Shown one piece after another: positions 10,458 through 19,347 of a stretch of 64,000 nucleotides of DNA. Under the pieces are notes generated by a model, which made no database searches, was not told the origin of the DNA, and was given only the letters and a program-made list of their open reading frames with translations. The position numbers and the translations under genes are program-made. The stretch is from a virus. Numbering within the stretch: the first letter of the stretch is position 1; each line of letters begins with the position of its first letter. The stretch covers positions 24,567 through 88,566 of the IMG/VR virus record IMGVR_UViG_3300007619_000129. One strand, 5' to 3'.

Positions 10458-13400
10458 TTACTCATTAAAAGTTACTCCGCTATCATCAATAACGAAATCA
10501 ATTGAAATCTTTTCAGCTGTTCTTGTTGGAATTAGTTCAATTATTCCATTCATTTTATTAGCTTCTTCATCTTCTGCTGAATTATTTGAATCATTAGCAA
10601 TGATATTAAATCCTTCAATTCCAGCCTGAAGTTGTACAAGAGACAATATCGGAGTAACAATAGAAACAAACCGATCTCTTTGTTCAGAAATTGGTTGTTC
10701 AAACACAAGTCTTCTTGCAGCATCACTAACGGTTCTTTTCACAGCAATTAGTAATCTTCTTACATTAACTCTGTCAAGTGCCGAAGCTGCTTGTTGTAAT
10801 GTTCTTTGTCCAAAAATAACCTTTATCTGTGGTGGAAAATTAGCAATTGGATTAATCCGAGCATCATGTAAGGTTGCACGATCATCCTTTTTCAATCTAA
10901 CATCAATACTTTCCACGAAATCAAGAGAACCACGATTAAATCCTGCTGGAGCAAACCATGGGAATCCTACCTTATCATTGAAGGCAATAGCTCCCATAAC
11001 CCCAACAGAAGGTGGAACTTTTACTGTTCTATTATTTACTGAATCCGTGATTATTAGATCAGGAAAATAAGCAGCAGAATAATTGTTGTTTATTGCCCTT
11101 GAGTCAAATTGTTCTGCTGTTTTCTCCACATCTGGCTTATCACTACTAATGTCATAAAGCCTTGTAGTAGAATCGTCATAACCAGCAATATCCATAACAT
11201 AAAATGCTAATCCATAATCCTTTGTAAGGTCTGCTACATAATCAGTAATAAAGCTATCTCTAATTCCAGGAATTGCTAATAATTGTACTCCAGGACCATT
11301 TCTCAAGTTAGCTGGACTTGTAAATGGATCTGTCATTATTTTAGCAGCTGTTCTATAAGCTACAACAGAGTTGTTATTTTTACCGGTTCCGGCTGGATTA
11401 TTAGACAATCCAGGCGCAGTAAATGCGCTAGCAGCTGAACCACCAGTGTCACTTGAAGACCCTTTGTCATTCATTCTTGCCGAATTCTTATCAAGAACAT
11501 TAAGTCCATCCCATCCACCATACATCATATTGGTAAATTTATTATATGTAGTAAACTTATTGAATTTAGCTGAACCAGTTTCAGCCACTAATGTACCTAA
11601 CGTTATTCTATTAGTAAGAACTCCGTCCGAAACAGAGCCAGAGAAATTTGGATTTCCATTTCTAATATAAGCCGCCTCTTTCATATGTGCCTGAGCGGTT
11701 CCAGTAATCTCAGAAACAGCAGCATTAGAAAATGCAACCCTTGCTAAGGTAAATTTATTTTCATTGAATGAATCGACTGTTGAGCCCGTGACAAGTACGT
11801 CTAACTTCTCAATACCAGCCAATTTAGCTAGTGAAGCAACTAATTTGTTTTGTTTCTTTGTTATATTTGGATTAAGTGGAGTAGTATTTCTTTCAAATTT
11901 AACTCCCCAATATAATCTACCATCAACCTCTTCTGATGAACCAGGATTACCAGCAAATCCACTAGTTGAAACTGAACCTCTTGTAACTTTAAATCTAAAT
12001 GGTACTGGTGGAACAATTGAGCTTGTAAGCCCAAGTCCGCTTGATCCTACAATTCCAAGCCTTGAATCGCTTGAAGCCAAACTTCCAGTGTCAACATTAT
12101 CTGGATTAGTTTTTAGAACACTAAGTCCCCTGAAACCAAATGGTAAAGCTCTCGCTGGAACTTCCCTTCTTTCTACGGCTTCGTTCATTACAACTCGTAC
12201 GATTCTTGATTTATTGGAGTATTTTCCTGTAATTTCAACCCGTCTATCATCTTCATCTTCAGCATCCCAAATATATTGAGCTTTTATGTCTCCAATTTTA
12301 GCAGCAACATAATCTTCTGATAATGGGTTTAAATTACATCCTGTATATCTTTCAATAATTTCTGGAACTTGATCAGTATCGTCAAATCTACGAATAAGAA
12401 CAGAAAAAGTTCCATATTCATTATTAGTTTCGTTTGACATTCTTACATCAGCAATTGAAACCTTCCACTTTTCATTGGTTTCTTCACCATCATCGAGAGC
12501 TTCGATGTAAAACAAATCAAATTCGGTATCACCAAAAGGTTGTGAAATAAAGTTTGTAGTTCTTGATGATCTGTATCTGGTATCAAAATGTCCATAAGCG
12601 TCTCTATATGGCATTGTGGTATTACCAGAAGAATCAGAAGTGGCAGTAGAACCCGAAACTACCGCTACAGAAATTCCGTTTGTATCTACAGTAGCAATTT
12701 GGTTATCTACAGCAAAATCAGCATATAGTAAATGCTCTTTTGATGGAAAATTTTCTGGATTAGTATTAAGAATCTTTGAAATATAATTTGAACTATCAGG
12801 ATCAAGGGATGCAGTTAAAACTGTTTGTTTAGCTGAAGACGAAACAATTAACTTAAATTCATTGTTTGACAATGAAGCTACATCATCAACATTTGATCCC
12901 AAGTTAGTTGGAGTGGCTTCATCTCCATTTAATATCATTAGTCTTGTACCACTAGCAGTAAGAACTACTGCCCTTACAAGATTAACGAAATCCGAAGCTG
13001 AAGTGGCTACAAAACTATCATTATCAGTAAATAAGGGCATTCCAATTGCTTCATTTGTTGCCAAATCATGTCGAGCAACAATAAATTGGGTCGCACCCTG
13101 ATGTCTTGGGTCTTGAGTATCAACAGTAGTTCCAGTAACTACAAAACCAGCATTTTTTACTTGTCCAGTTAGTCTAGTGTTGTTAATATCAGTAACAGTA
13201 TCGTTTGCACCACCGCCCAATACTCTCATATATGTTACAGCGCTTTGGTGCTTAAGATATTCGTTTACAGCATATGGTCCTGCTTTTTTTGGATCAAGAC
13301 CACCAAAAATTTGTTCAAAATCATTAGAAGAACCAACAATCATCGGAACAAAAGCTGGGCCTTGCTTAGCAGTGCCAATAATTCCGGCTGGGGTGCCTAT

Positions 13401-13475
13401 GGGACCTGGAGTTGGTTGTACCAATACAATTTCTCGGTCTCGATATCCTGGCGCTCTAAAAGTTTGTTCAGCCAT
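10458..13475 (-). CDS. gp18: Tail sheath protein, paralogue 1 (1005 aa)
   Basis: Same sheath motifs: GIIGTAKQGPAFVP, PWFAPAGFNRG, INPIANFP, FGQRTL, LDRVNVRRLL, PTRTAE.I.IDF. Confidence 0.92.
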   Translation of the reverse strand: MAEQTFRAPGYRDREIVLVQPTPGPIGTPAGIIGTAKQGPAFVPMIVGSSNDFEQIFGGLDPKKAGPYAVNEYLKHQSAVTYMRVLGGGANDTVTDINNTRLTGQVKNAGFVVTGTTVDTQDPRHQGATQFIVARHDLATNEAIGMPLFTDNDSFVATSASDFVNLVRAVVLTASGTRLMILNGDEATPTNLGSNVDDVASLSNNEFKLIVSSSAKQTVLTASLDPDSSNYISKILNTNPENFPSKEHLLYADFAVDNQIATVDTNGISVAVVSGSTATSDSSGNTTMPYRDAYGHFDTRYRSSRTTNFISQPFGDTEFDLFYIEALDDGEETNEKWKVSIADVRMSNETNNEYGTFSVLIRRFDDTDQVPEIIERYTGCNLNPLSEDYVAAKIGDIKAQYIWDAEDEDDRRVEITGKYSNKSRIVRVVMNEAVERREVPARALPFGFRGLSVLKTNPDNVDTGSLASSDSRLGIVGSSGLGLTSSIVPPVPFRFKVTRGSVSTSGFAGNPGSSEEVDGRLYWGVKFERNTTPLNPNITKKQNKLVASLAKLAGIEKLDVLVTGSTVDSFNENKFTLARVAFSNAAVSEITGTAQAHMKEAAYIRNGNPNFSGSVSDGVLTNRITLGTLVAETGSAKFNKFTTYNKFTNMMYGGWDGLNVLDKNSARMNDKGSSSDTGGSAASAFTAPGLSNNPAGTGKNNNSVVAYRTAAKIMTDPFTSPANLRNGPGVQLLAIPGIRDSFITDYVADLTKDYGLAFYVMDIAGYDDSTTRLYDISSDKPDVEKTAEQFDSRAINNNYSAAYFPDLIITDSVNNRTVKVPPSVGVMGAIAFNDKVGFPWFAPAGFNRGSLDFVESIDVRLKKDDRATLHDARINPIANFPPQIKVIFGQRTLQQAASALDRVNVRRLLIAVKRTVSDAARRLVFEQPISEQRDRFVSIVTPILSLVQLQAGIEGFNIIANDSNNSAEDEEANKMNGIIELIPTRTAEKISIDFVIDDSGVTFNE

Positions 13476-13521
13476 TAATAATTTCTCCTTGAATTACAAA
13501 AAAGTACAGTATTCTTGTAGA

Positions 13522-13528
13522 TAACTAT
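13522..13528 (-). promoter_or_regulatory. Putative late promoter ATAGTTA (sheath 1)
   Basis: Same family; intergenic. Confidence 0.55.
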
Positions 13529-13551
13529 GATGTCCAAATGATAAAAGCACT

Positions 13552-14781
13552 TCATCTTTTAAGTACCTGAGCAATATCGTCTATGTGGTCTGCGCCTATT
13601 ATTGTTTCTCCATTTCTTGGATTTTTAGACACCACCTTAACAAATTTAGTGGTTTGTTTTCCAGATATTCTATCTTTTACTATGACAGATTTAAAAGTGT
13701 CTTTATTGCGCCCCGTTTTAGCATTGCCCTGTACGTCTAAAGGGACTACGTCACTCAAAACAAATTTGTTGTGATCGCCACTTGGGTTTCTACTATTTGT
13801 TTCTGATGTTATTATGTCTGAATTTGACTCATAAATTCCAAATGATATTTGTGGAGCAGACACATATCTTCTTATCGCAATTGGATCAGCATCATTTCTT
13901 TGAGCATGAGAATATGCTGGAACCCTTACTTTAAAAACATATTTTAATACCCTTTCCTCATCTGCAAAATCGTCTGAATTATCATCACCACTAATGCTAT
14001 CATCAAAATAAGCCACAAACCAATATCCCTTATCCGTTTCAAGCTGAAATGTGTTTAATTGTTCGTCATAATTTGCAAAAATTCTTTCTATCATTTGATT
14101 TAAATGCTCTCTATATTGAGACCATAAAGTTACTTCATATTCACATACAAAAAAAGTAGGAAATGGAATGGTTATTATTTCAAATATATTATTTCCCAAA
14201 TTATTATTTGATAATAATTCCTCCCCAAGTCCAGGAGCATTTCTTCTTCTAGAGGCTACTCTTCCTGGCAAATTTCCTGTTTCATTAGTAGAACTTTCAA
14301 AATTATTATCACTATCAACATTGTCCTGATTTTGTATGGACAATTTATTAACAAGAGACTGATATTGTCTATCGCTTGAAGATAATCTCTTTTTTATTAC
14401 AATATCTCCAACATCAGTACCCATCCCCATACCATTATTTTCAGGTCCTACCGGAGTTTTTTGACTAATTCCAGTTCCTACTATTGATATAATTGGCAAT
14501 ATAAGTTGTCCATTCTCATCTCTAATTGGGTTTTTTCTCATCCGTGTAGCAAATCTCTCTCCAGAGGCAAAAACTACTGGTACCTTTCCAGATGCTCCAG
14601 AATTCTTTATTGGTGTTACGTGGATAGGAACAACTTCATCAAACAATTTAAATAATGCTATATCAACATCCTCTATTCCAACTGGTGCCACACTAAAATC
14701 TGTTGGAATATTAAGTCCCTCATAACCAGATAAAATTCTATTACTAAGAGGTTCTCTACCTGCTCTTCTCTGTCTCGCCAT
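13552..14781 (-). CDS. gp15: Tail terminator / sheath stabiliser (T4 gp15-like)
   Basis: KVPVVFASGERF, LPIISI, P....Y.VTLWSQY.EHLNQMIE. Lies between neck and sheath genes. Confidence 0.65.
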   Translation of the reverse strand: MARQRRAGREPLSNRILSGYEGLNIPTDFSVAPVGIEDVDIALFKLFDEVVPIHVTPIKNSGASGKVPVVFASGERFATRMRKNPIRDENGQLILPIISIVGTGISQKTPVGPENNGMGMGTDVGDIVIKKRLSSSDRQYQSLVNKLSIQNQDNVDSDNNFESSTNETGNLPGRVASRRRNAPGLGEELLSNNNLGNNIFEIITIPFPTFFVCEYEVTLWSQYREHLNQMIERIFANYDEQLNTFQLETDKGYWFVAYFDDSISGDDNSDDFADEERVLKYVFKVRVPAYSHAQRNDADPIAIRRYVSAPQISFGIYESNSDIITSETNSRNPSGDHNKFVLSDVVPLDVQGNAKTGRNKDTFKSVIVKDRISGKQTTKFVKVVSKNPRNGETIIGADHIDDIAQVLKR

Positions 14782-14786
14782 ATTTA

Positions 14787-14793
14787 TAATTAT
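14787..14793 (-). promoter_or_regulatory. Putative late promoter ATAATTA (gp15-like), 5 nt before ATG
   Basis: Same family. Overlaps a perfect T4 late promoter string TATAAATA (minus strand, 14781-14788). Confidence 0.55.
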
Positions 14794-14829
14794 TGTTGTG
14801 TTTTGATAAGAATCAAAAATACATATTAA

Positions 14830-15174
14830 ATGATGTCTTTATTGAAGGATTTCTTCGTCAGATTCCTTCTAAAGGTGTTTTTTAAAAATGAAAATAATGT
14901 TTTAATGGTAAAAATGATTAATTCAAGAAATTTTTTACCACTAAGAGTAATATTCAAAAGTCCAAAGAATGACAATATGTGGCAAATGCAAATATTTGAT
15001 ATTAATATGGAACCAAAATTAGACTATCAATATAATACGCTCTTGGAATGCATTCTTTGCCAATTAGAAATGAACTTTAAAATAAAAGAAATCCACACAA
15101 AATCACAAGCTCACACAAGCCACTCTCAGAAGATTTTATTTCAGAACATACTAAGACTAATCAATTATTTTTAA
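14830..15174 (+). CDS. Hypothetical protein (114 aa), the only plausible plus-strand gene
   Basis: Fills an otherwise empty ~400-nt gap and has no antisense minus-strand ORF in the track. No recognisable motif. Confidence 0.45.
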   Translation: MMSLLKDFFVRFLLKVFFKNENNVLMVKMINSRNFLPLRVIFKSPKNDNMWQMQIFDINMEPKLDYQYNTLLECILCQLEMNFKIKEIHTKSQAHTSHSQKILFQNILRLINYF

Positions 15175-15180
15175 ATGGAT

Positions 15181-15558
15181 TTAGGCTACCCTTTTAGCTC
15201 CAGGGGCTACTGGCAATTCGTGCTTTGGTCCACCCTTCATTTTTTCATCCATTACTACCAATTCATCAACGATCTGATTCCACAATTTCTCTTGTTTCAA
15301 AATCCATTGCAAATTTTCAGTAGCTTTCTTTTTAATCATAGGGTTTTTAGATCTTTGAGCTAAATAAGACATAATATTACTAACTTTTGACATTCCATCA
15401 AATACATTTTTCATAGCATTATTTAATGGCTTTTCATATCCTCTTAATTCAGGAGTTTCTAACTCTTCAATCAAAAATACTTCTCGTAAACTTCTTTTTT
15501 TACCCATAATATTATATATCTCCATCTCCATAAAAAGACGATCTTTTCGAATTGGCAT
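15181..15558 (-). CDS. Hypothetical protein (start probably MGKKRSLRE at 15507)
   Basis: ORF track. The annotated start overlaps the neck gene; ATG at 15507 follows GGAG. Confidence 0.6.
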   Translation of the reverse strand: MPIRKDRLFMEMEIYNIMGKKRSLREVFLIEELETPELRGYEKPLNNAMKNVFDGMSKVSNIMSYLAQRSKNPMIKKKATENLQWILKQEKLWNQIVDELVVMDEKMKGGPKHELPVAPGAKRVA

Positions 15559-16195
15559 TAGTTACACTTTTTGCCCTAGTTGAAACTTCGTCCGGTTTCT
15601 TTATTGTTTTGTCAATAACTCCTTGTTTCTCTAGATCCCGACTATCTCCAGTAGGCCCAAGTCGATTATCAGCAAAACCCCTCTGTTGTACAAAGTCTTT
15701 TTGAACTGCATCATCATCTGAATATTTCTCATCAGTAGGTCCAAATATTTTGCTCTCAAATTGACTTTTTCTTGCCTGAACACCCTTAATCATTAATCCC
15801 ATTTTATATTCAACTTGCCCATGAACAACGGTTTCTGGAACAACAGATGTAACTTCAAAAAATTTAGGTCCAAAACTAAAAAAATCACCCTCTTCTAATT
15901 TTATTTCTTTATCAATCATATCCCTTGACTGAACATAGCAAGTTATTTTGCTTTTATATTCAATTCCAAACCTGTTTGTTGAAGTTTCTGGACTTTCCCA
16001 CTTAACAAAACACTCTATTTCCAAAGGATCATCAAAAATCTTTTCTGGACTTTCTTCATAAATTTCATGGACTTTTGTTTTTGTTACTGATATCGGGTAA
16101 TAATAAATTTTCTGTCCAGCTACATCCTTAATTAGCTCTTTTACAGTATCATTAAAAAAATCAATACCTCGTGGTGTAAGAAATAATCGTGCCAT
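15512..16195 (-). CDS. gp14: Neck / head-closure protein (T4 gp14-like)
   Basis: GQKIYYY, IYEE...K.F, FGIE, EGDFF......FEV. Follows the gp13-like gene. Confidence 0.7.
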   Translation of the reverse strand: MARLFLTPRGIDFFNDTVKELIKDVAGQKIYYYPISVTKTKVHEIYEESPEKIFDDPLEIECFVKWESPETSTNRFGIEYKSKITCYVQSRDMIDKEIKLEEGDFFSFGPKFFEVTSVVPETVVHGQVEYKMGLMIKGVQARKSQFESKIFGPTDEKYSDDDAVQKDFVQQRGFADNRLGPTGDSRDLEKQGVIDKTIKKPDEVSTRAKSVTNANSKRSSFYGDGDI

Positions 16196-16204
16196 TTATT
16201 ATAA

Positions 16205-17374
16205 TTAGCCAGGCTTAATAAAATAACCATTAGGCATTGGCAGCAACCTAAGTTGTTTTAGCAAGTTTTCAGCTTTTGTGGCTTGTATTTCCACAATTGA
16301 CTGATCTGTCAATTGATCAAGGGTTTCTCTTAGAGTTGTTATTAATTTGTCTTTGTCGTCCCTTCCACTTGATAAAAGATCTCCATAATTTAAAGTAACT
16401 TCTCCACCCGGAATTGGAATTGTATTAAATTTTCCACGAATATAACCTAAAGTTTCCATACATAACGATAAAGTATATTTTCTTATCCAATTTCTTCCCA
16501 TAGAAGTAATTTCAGTATATGTCAAATTACCAAATGGTACGTCAGAAATATTAGAAATGCCATCAATCGTATCGTCCGTATAAGAAGGGTTGAAAGGATC
16601 TGGGGGAAGCATTACACGAATCCATAATTTTTTTGTTTGTCCCTCAATAAATGTTGGCATTGGATATATTCTTATGCTTGATCCTCGTATATCATAAGAA
16701 TAATTTGATCTCCTAACCCTTTGAGACAATTGCATTTGTCCAGCCCTCAATAAATCTTCAAAAACAGGGAGAACATAAAAAATTGTCTCAGGAGTAAAGC
16801 TTTCAAAGCTAAACTCATTATTTAGATAATTAATAGCTGAAGTTGAATCAAAAAATCTATAAGCAGCAAGAGGAGAAAAATGAAAAACTTCCATAATTCT
16901 CATTTTTCCAAAAGAACCCGTGGTTTGTGTCTGAAATAGTGCCGTTCCATCACCATTCTTCAGATCCGTTAAAAGATTATAGTCTTGTTGCCTTGAAACT
17001 AAATCAATAGAACCAGAAACATGTTGTTTATAACCACTATATCCAGCTTCCATTGCATATGGTTCAGCTTGACGAATTAAATGATCAACACTTTCTCTAG
17101 GATATTGGTTTTGTACATTACTTCCTGTTGGTTGCCCTTTTAATAAATGAATTTGAGACTTAAATTGATATTCATTTACCAATTCGCTATATTGTAATGT
17201 AGCTTCCTCAAATGCTGCCCATATAGTCCTTTTAGGTAATGCAACAGATACAACATCATCTCCTAGCATCCGCCTAACAAACAAAACCATATTGTCAGCT
17301 TCAGTCTGAAACGCTGTATCTGCATCAAATATACCAAATGGTGTGGGTGTAACCGTATTCGCAAATGTAACCAT
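16205..17374 (-). CDS. gp13: Neck / head-tail adaptor protein (T4 gp13-like)
   Basis: RRMLG..VV.V.L, EEA...YS, WIRKYTLSL..E.LG.IRGKF..IP.PGG.VTLN..DL. Confidence 0.85.
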   Translation of the reverse strand: MVTFANTVTPTPFGIFDADTAFQTEADNMVLFVRRMLGDDVVSVALPKRTIWAAFEEATLQYSELVNEYQFKSQIHLLKGQPTGSNVQNQYPRESVDHLIRQAEPYAMEAGYSGYKQHVSGSIDLVSRQQDYNLLTDLKNGDGTALFQTQTTGSFGKMRIMEVFHFSPLAAYRFFDSTSAINYLNNEFSFESFTPETIFYVLPVFEDLLRAGQMQLSQRVRRSNYSYDIRGSSIRIYPMPTFIEGQTKKLWIRVMLPPDPFNPSYTDDTIDGISNISDVPFGNLTYTEITSMGRNWIRKYTLSLCMETLGYIRGKFNTIPIPGGEVTLNYGDLLSSGRDDKDKLITTLRETLDQLTDQSIVEIQATKAENLLKQLRLLPMPNGYFIKPG

Positions 17375-17382
17375 TATGAATA

Positions 17383-17389
17383 TAATTAC
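17383..17389 (-). promoter_or_regulatory. Putative late promoter GTAATTA (gp13-like)
   Basis: Same family; 8 nt before ATG, no Shine-Dalgarno in between. Confidence 0.5.
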
Positions 17390-17515
17390 ATGAGATAAAC
17401 TGTCTTTTTTATATTATTTATTTGATTTTTAAAAAAACGACGAGATTTACGGTTTTTGTCTTTTTTCGTATGAAACTCTAAAATCTCTTGTGAAGGTTTC
17501 TCATATAGAATGATA

Positions 17516-18541
17516 TCATACAGATGGAAGATTAGACATTAAATCTTCTGGACTCATTGATACCATACTCTTTAAAGTTCTATATGCATCTGAAACAGAT
17601 GGGTGATTTGTTGCATTAACTAATCTACCTTTTGGATCAAAAGTTCTAAGTTGAGCTGAACCATCTGGCTTCTCTACCAATTGGGCTTTCCAGCCAGCAG
17701 ATAAATCATATCTTATTCCCTTTCTTGCACCCGAATCCCCAGGTACCATTTTTTCTTTCAATAAAGGTTTTGATTCAACTATTACAACTTCCATCAATTT
17801 TGTGGCTTGTTTTTTATTTAGTTTATTTTTCTGTAGTAATTTTATTACCTTTGACATTCCACTTTCAAGAAATCGAGAAGCACTTAACTTACTTTCAAAC
17901 AAATTCAGACTTTTAAAAAGTCCAGTTAATTCCCACTTTTTTACCAATTTGACGTTGTCAACCTCTTCTCTAACAATTCTCCCCAATTGCTCATCTGTAA
18001 CAACGTTCTCATTCATATTTCCCATTAAAGCATCCATTTCTTCTCTTACGAGTTTTTTCAATTCCTTCTCTGTAATAGACTCTTTTTTTATATTTTTATC
18101 TTTACGCCTATAGTCTGTACCTAAAAATGATGCAGCCATTCCACTTGGCTCTTCAACTTTATATAATTCCCCATTTTTCCCCAACCTCATAAAAGTTTTA
18201 AGAGACTTATAAGCTCTTTGGGGAGTTTGAAGTTCTTCTCCATGAAAAAGTTCGCCTTTAGGATTTTTTAAGAAAACTCTATAAACCAATTTTCCATCTT
18301 CCGACATATGATCAGTCACAGCCTTATATCCACTACCTAAATCAACTTCATCTCCCCACTTAAAATTATGTTCTTGCTGCAATTTTTTAAATGAATGTCC
18401 CTCAACATTTCCTAGTCCTGTAAATTTGCCAGAAGTGACACCACTACCATTTCCACCACCCCACGAAGCAAATCCAGGACCAAATGCAGATCCAACATGT
18501 TCTTTAATTGATTTTCTTTTCATGTCTATAAATATAGACAC
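17516..18541 (-). CDS. Hypothetical, probable internal head protein with a duplicated ~50-aa domain (start probably 18523)
   Basis: Two copies of DL.xG[YW]KA...DG...[ND]PKG.L...AY[KR][ST]LK and two L.[KR][LI]VREE motifs. ATATTTA lies 5 nt before ATG 18523. Confidence 0.7.
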   Translation of the reverse strand: MSIFIDMKRKSIKEHVGSAFGPGFASWGGGNGSGVTSGKFTGLGNVEGHSFKKLQQEHNFKWGDEVDLGSGYKAVTDHMSEDGKLVYRVFLKNPKGELFHGEELQTPQRAYKSLKTFMRLGKNGELYKVEEPSGMAASFLGTDYRRKDKNIKKESITEKELKKLVREEMDALMGNMNENVVTDEQLGRIVREEVDNVKLVKKWELTGLFKSLNLFESKLSASRFLESGMSKVIKLLQKNKLNKKQATKLMEVVIVESKPLLKEKMVPGDSGARKGIRYDLSAGWKAQLVEKPDGSAQLRTFDPKGRLVNATNHPSVSDAYRTLKSMVSMSPEDLMSNLPSV

Positions 18542-18574
18542 TAAAACCGTTTTTTATTTTTTATATAAAAATTA

Positions 18575-19006
18575 TTATTTTCTATTAATAATTTTTTCGT
18601 TAGCCTTTTCAAGTTCACCAATTCTTTTTTTAAGACTTTCTATTTCTATATTATTAAATTCTATAAATTTAAAATATATTTTCTTAATTTTGTCATGAAA
18701 TTTTTCCGGCAAATAATCCAAAAAATCATCAAATGACATTATTTGTCCCATAATATATACATCACTTATATTCGTGATAGACGCATGACAAAAAAAAGTA
18801 AGCCCACAAGGATGTTTAGCCTCAATTTCTACATCAATACAATTATATATCAATGATTCTGATACTTCACTGATTAAGTTCCATGGATAATCATTTATAT
18901 TTTTCGAATCTATTATAATGACATCATTTTTTTTACCAAAAAGTGTACTAATGTGCTCAACGTTATTAACGTACCAATTATAGTGATTTTTTGATGATAA
19001 TTTCAT
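18575..19006 (-). CDS. Hypothetical protein
   Basis: 143-aa ORF abutting the upstream gene; very AT-rich. Confidence 0.6.
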   Translation of the reverse strand: MKLSSKNHYNWYVNNVEHISTLFGKKNDVIIIDSKNINDYPWNLISEVSESLIYNCIDVEIEAKHPCGLTFFCHASITNISDVYIMGQIMSFDDFLDYLPEKFHDKIKKIYFKFIEFNNIEIESLKKRIGELEKANEKIINRK

Positions 19007-19007
19007 T

Positions 19008-19346
19008 TTAATTTAATGTCCTAGTTGACTTATCTTCTTTAGAAGATTCCATTATTTCCCAACCAAAATCAAGAGCTTCCTGAACTTTTATTTCATACAA
19101 TTCTAAAGAATCTAAATCCTCTTCAAATGTAAAAATTTCAAATGAACTAAATTCATGATTCCAAATAACGTTATCAATAAACAAAAGTGCTTTAGCAAAA
19201 TTAATCTCAAGACCTGTAATAGGAACAAAAGGCAAAAACAATTCCTTCGTCATAGATGTAAAAGTTTGTTCACTTTTGTTTTTCCCACCTTCCATGTTGT
19301 TGTCGTTCTTTATCTTTATCATTCTAAACAATAAACATCTATACAT
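19008..19346 (-). CDS. Hypothetical protein
   Basis: 112-aa ORF with 1-nt spacing to its neighbours. Confidence 0.6.
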   Translation of the reverse strand: MYRCLLFRMIKIKNDNNMEGGKNKSEQTFTSMTKELFLPFVPITGLEINFAKALLFIDNVIWNHEFSSFEIFTFEEDLDSLELYEIKVQEALDFGWEIMESSKEDKSTRTLN

Positions 19347-19347
19347 A

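Noticed and set aside
6900-13475. Extracellular contractile injection system or tailocin (multiple sheath genes)
   Set aside because: Capsid, scaffold, protease, portal, terminase and neck genes are all present, so this is a complete phage morphogenesis module.
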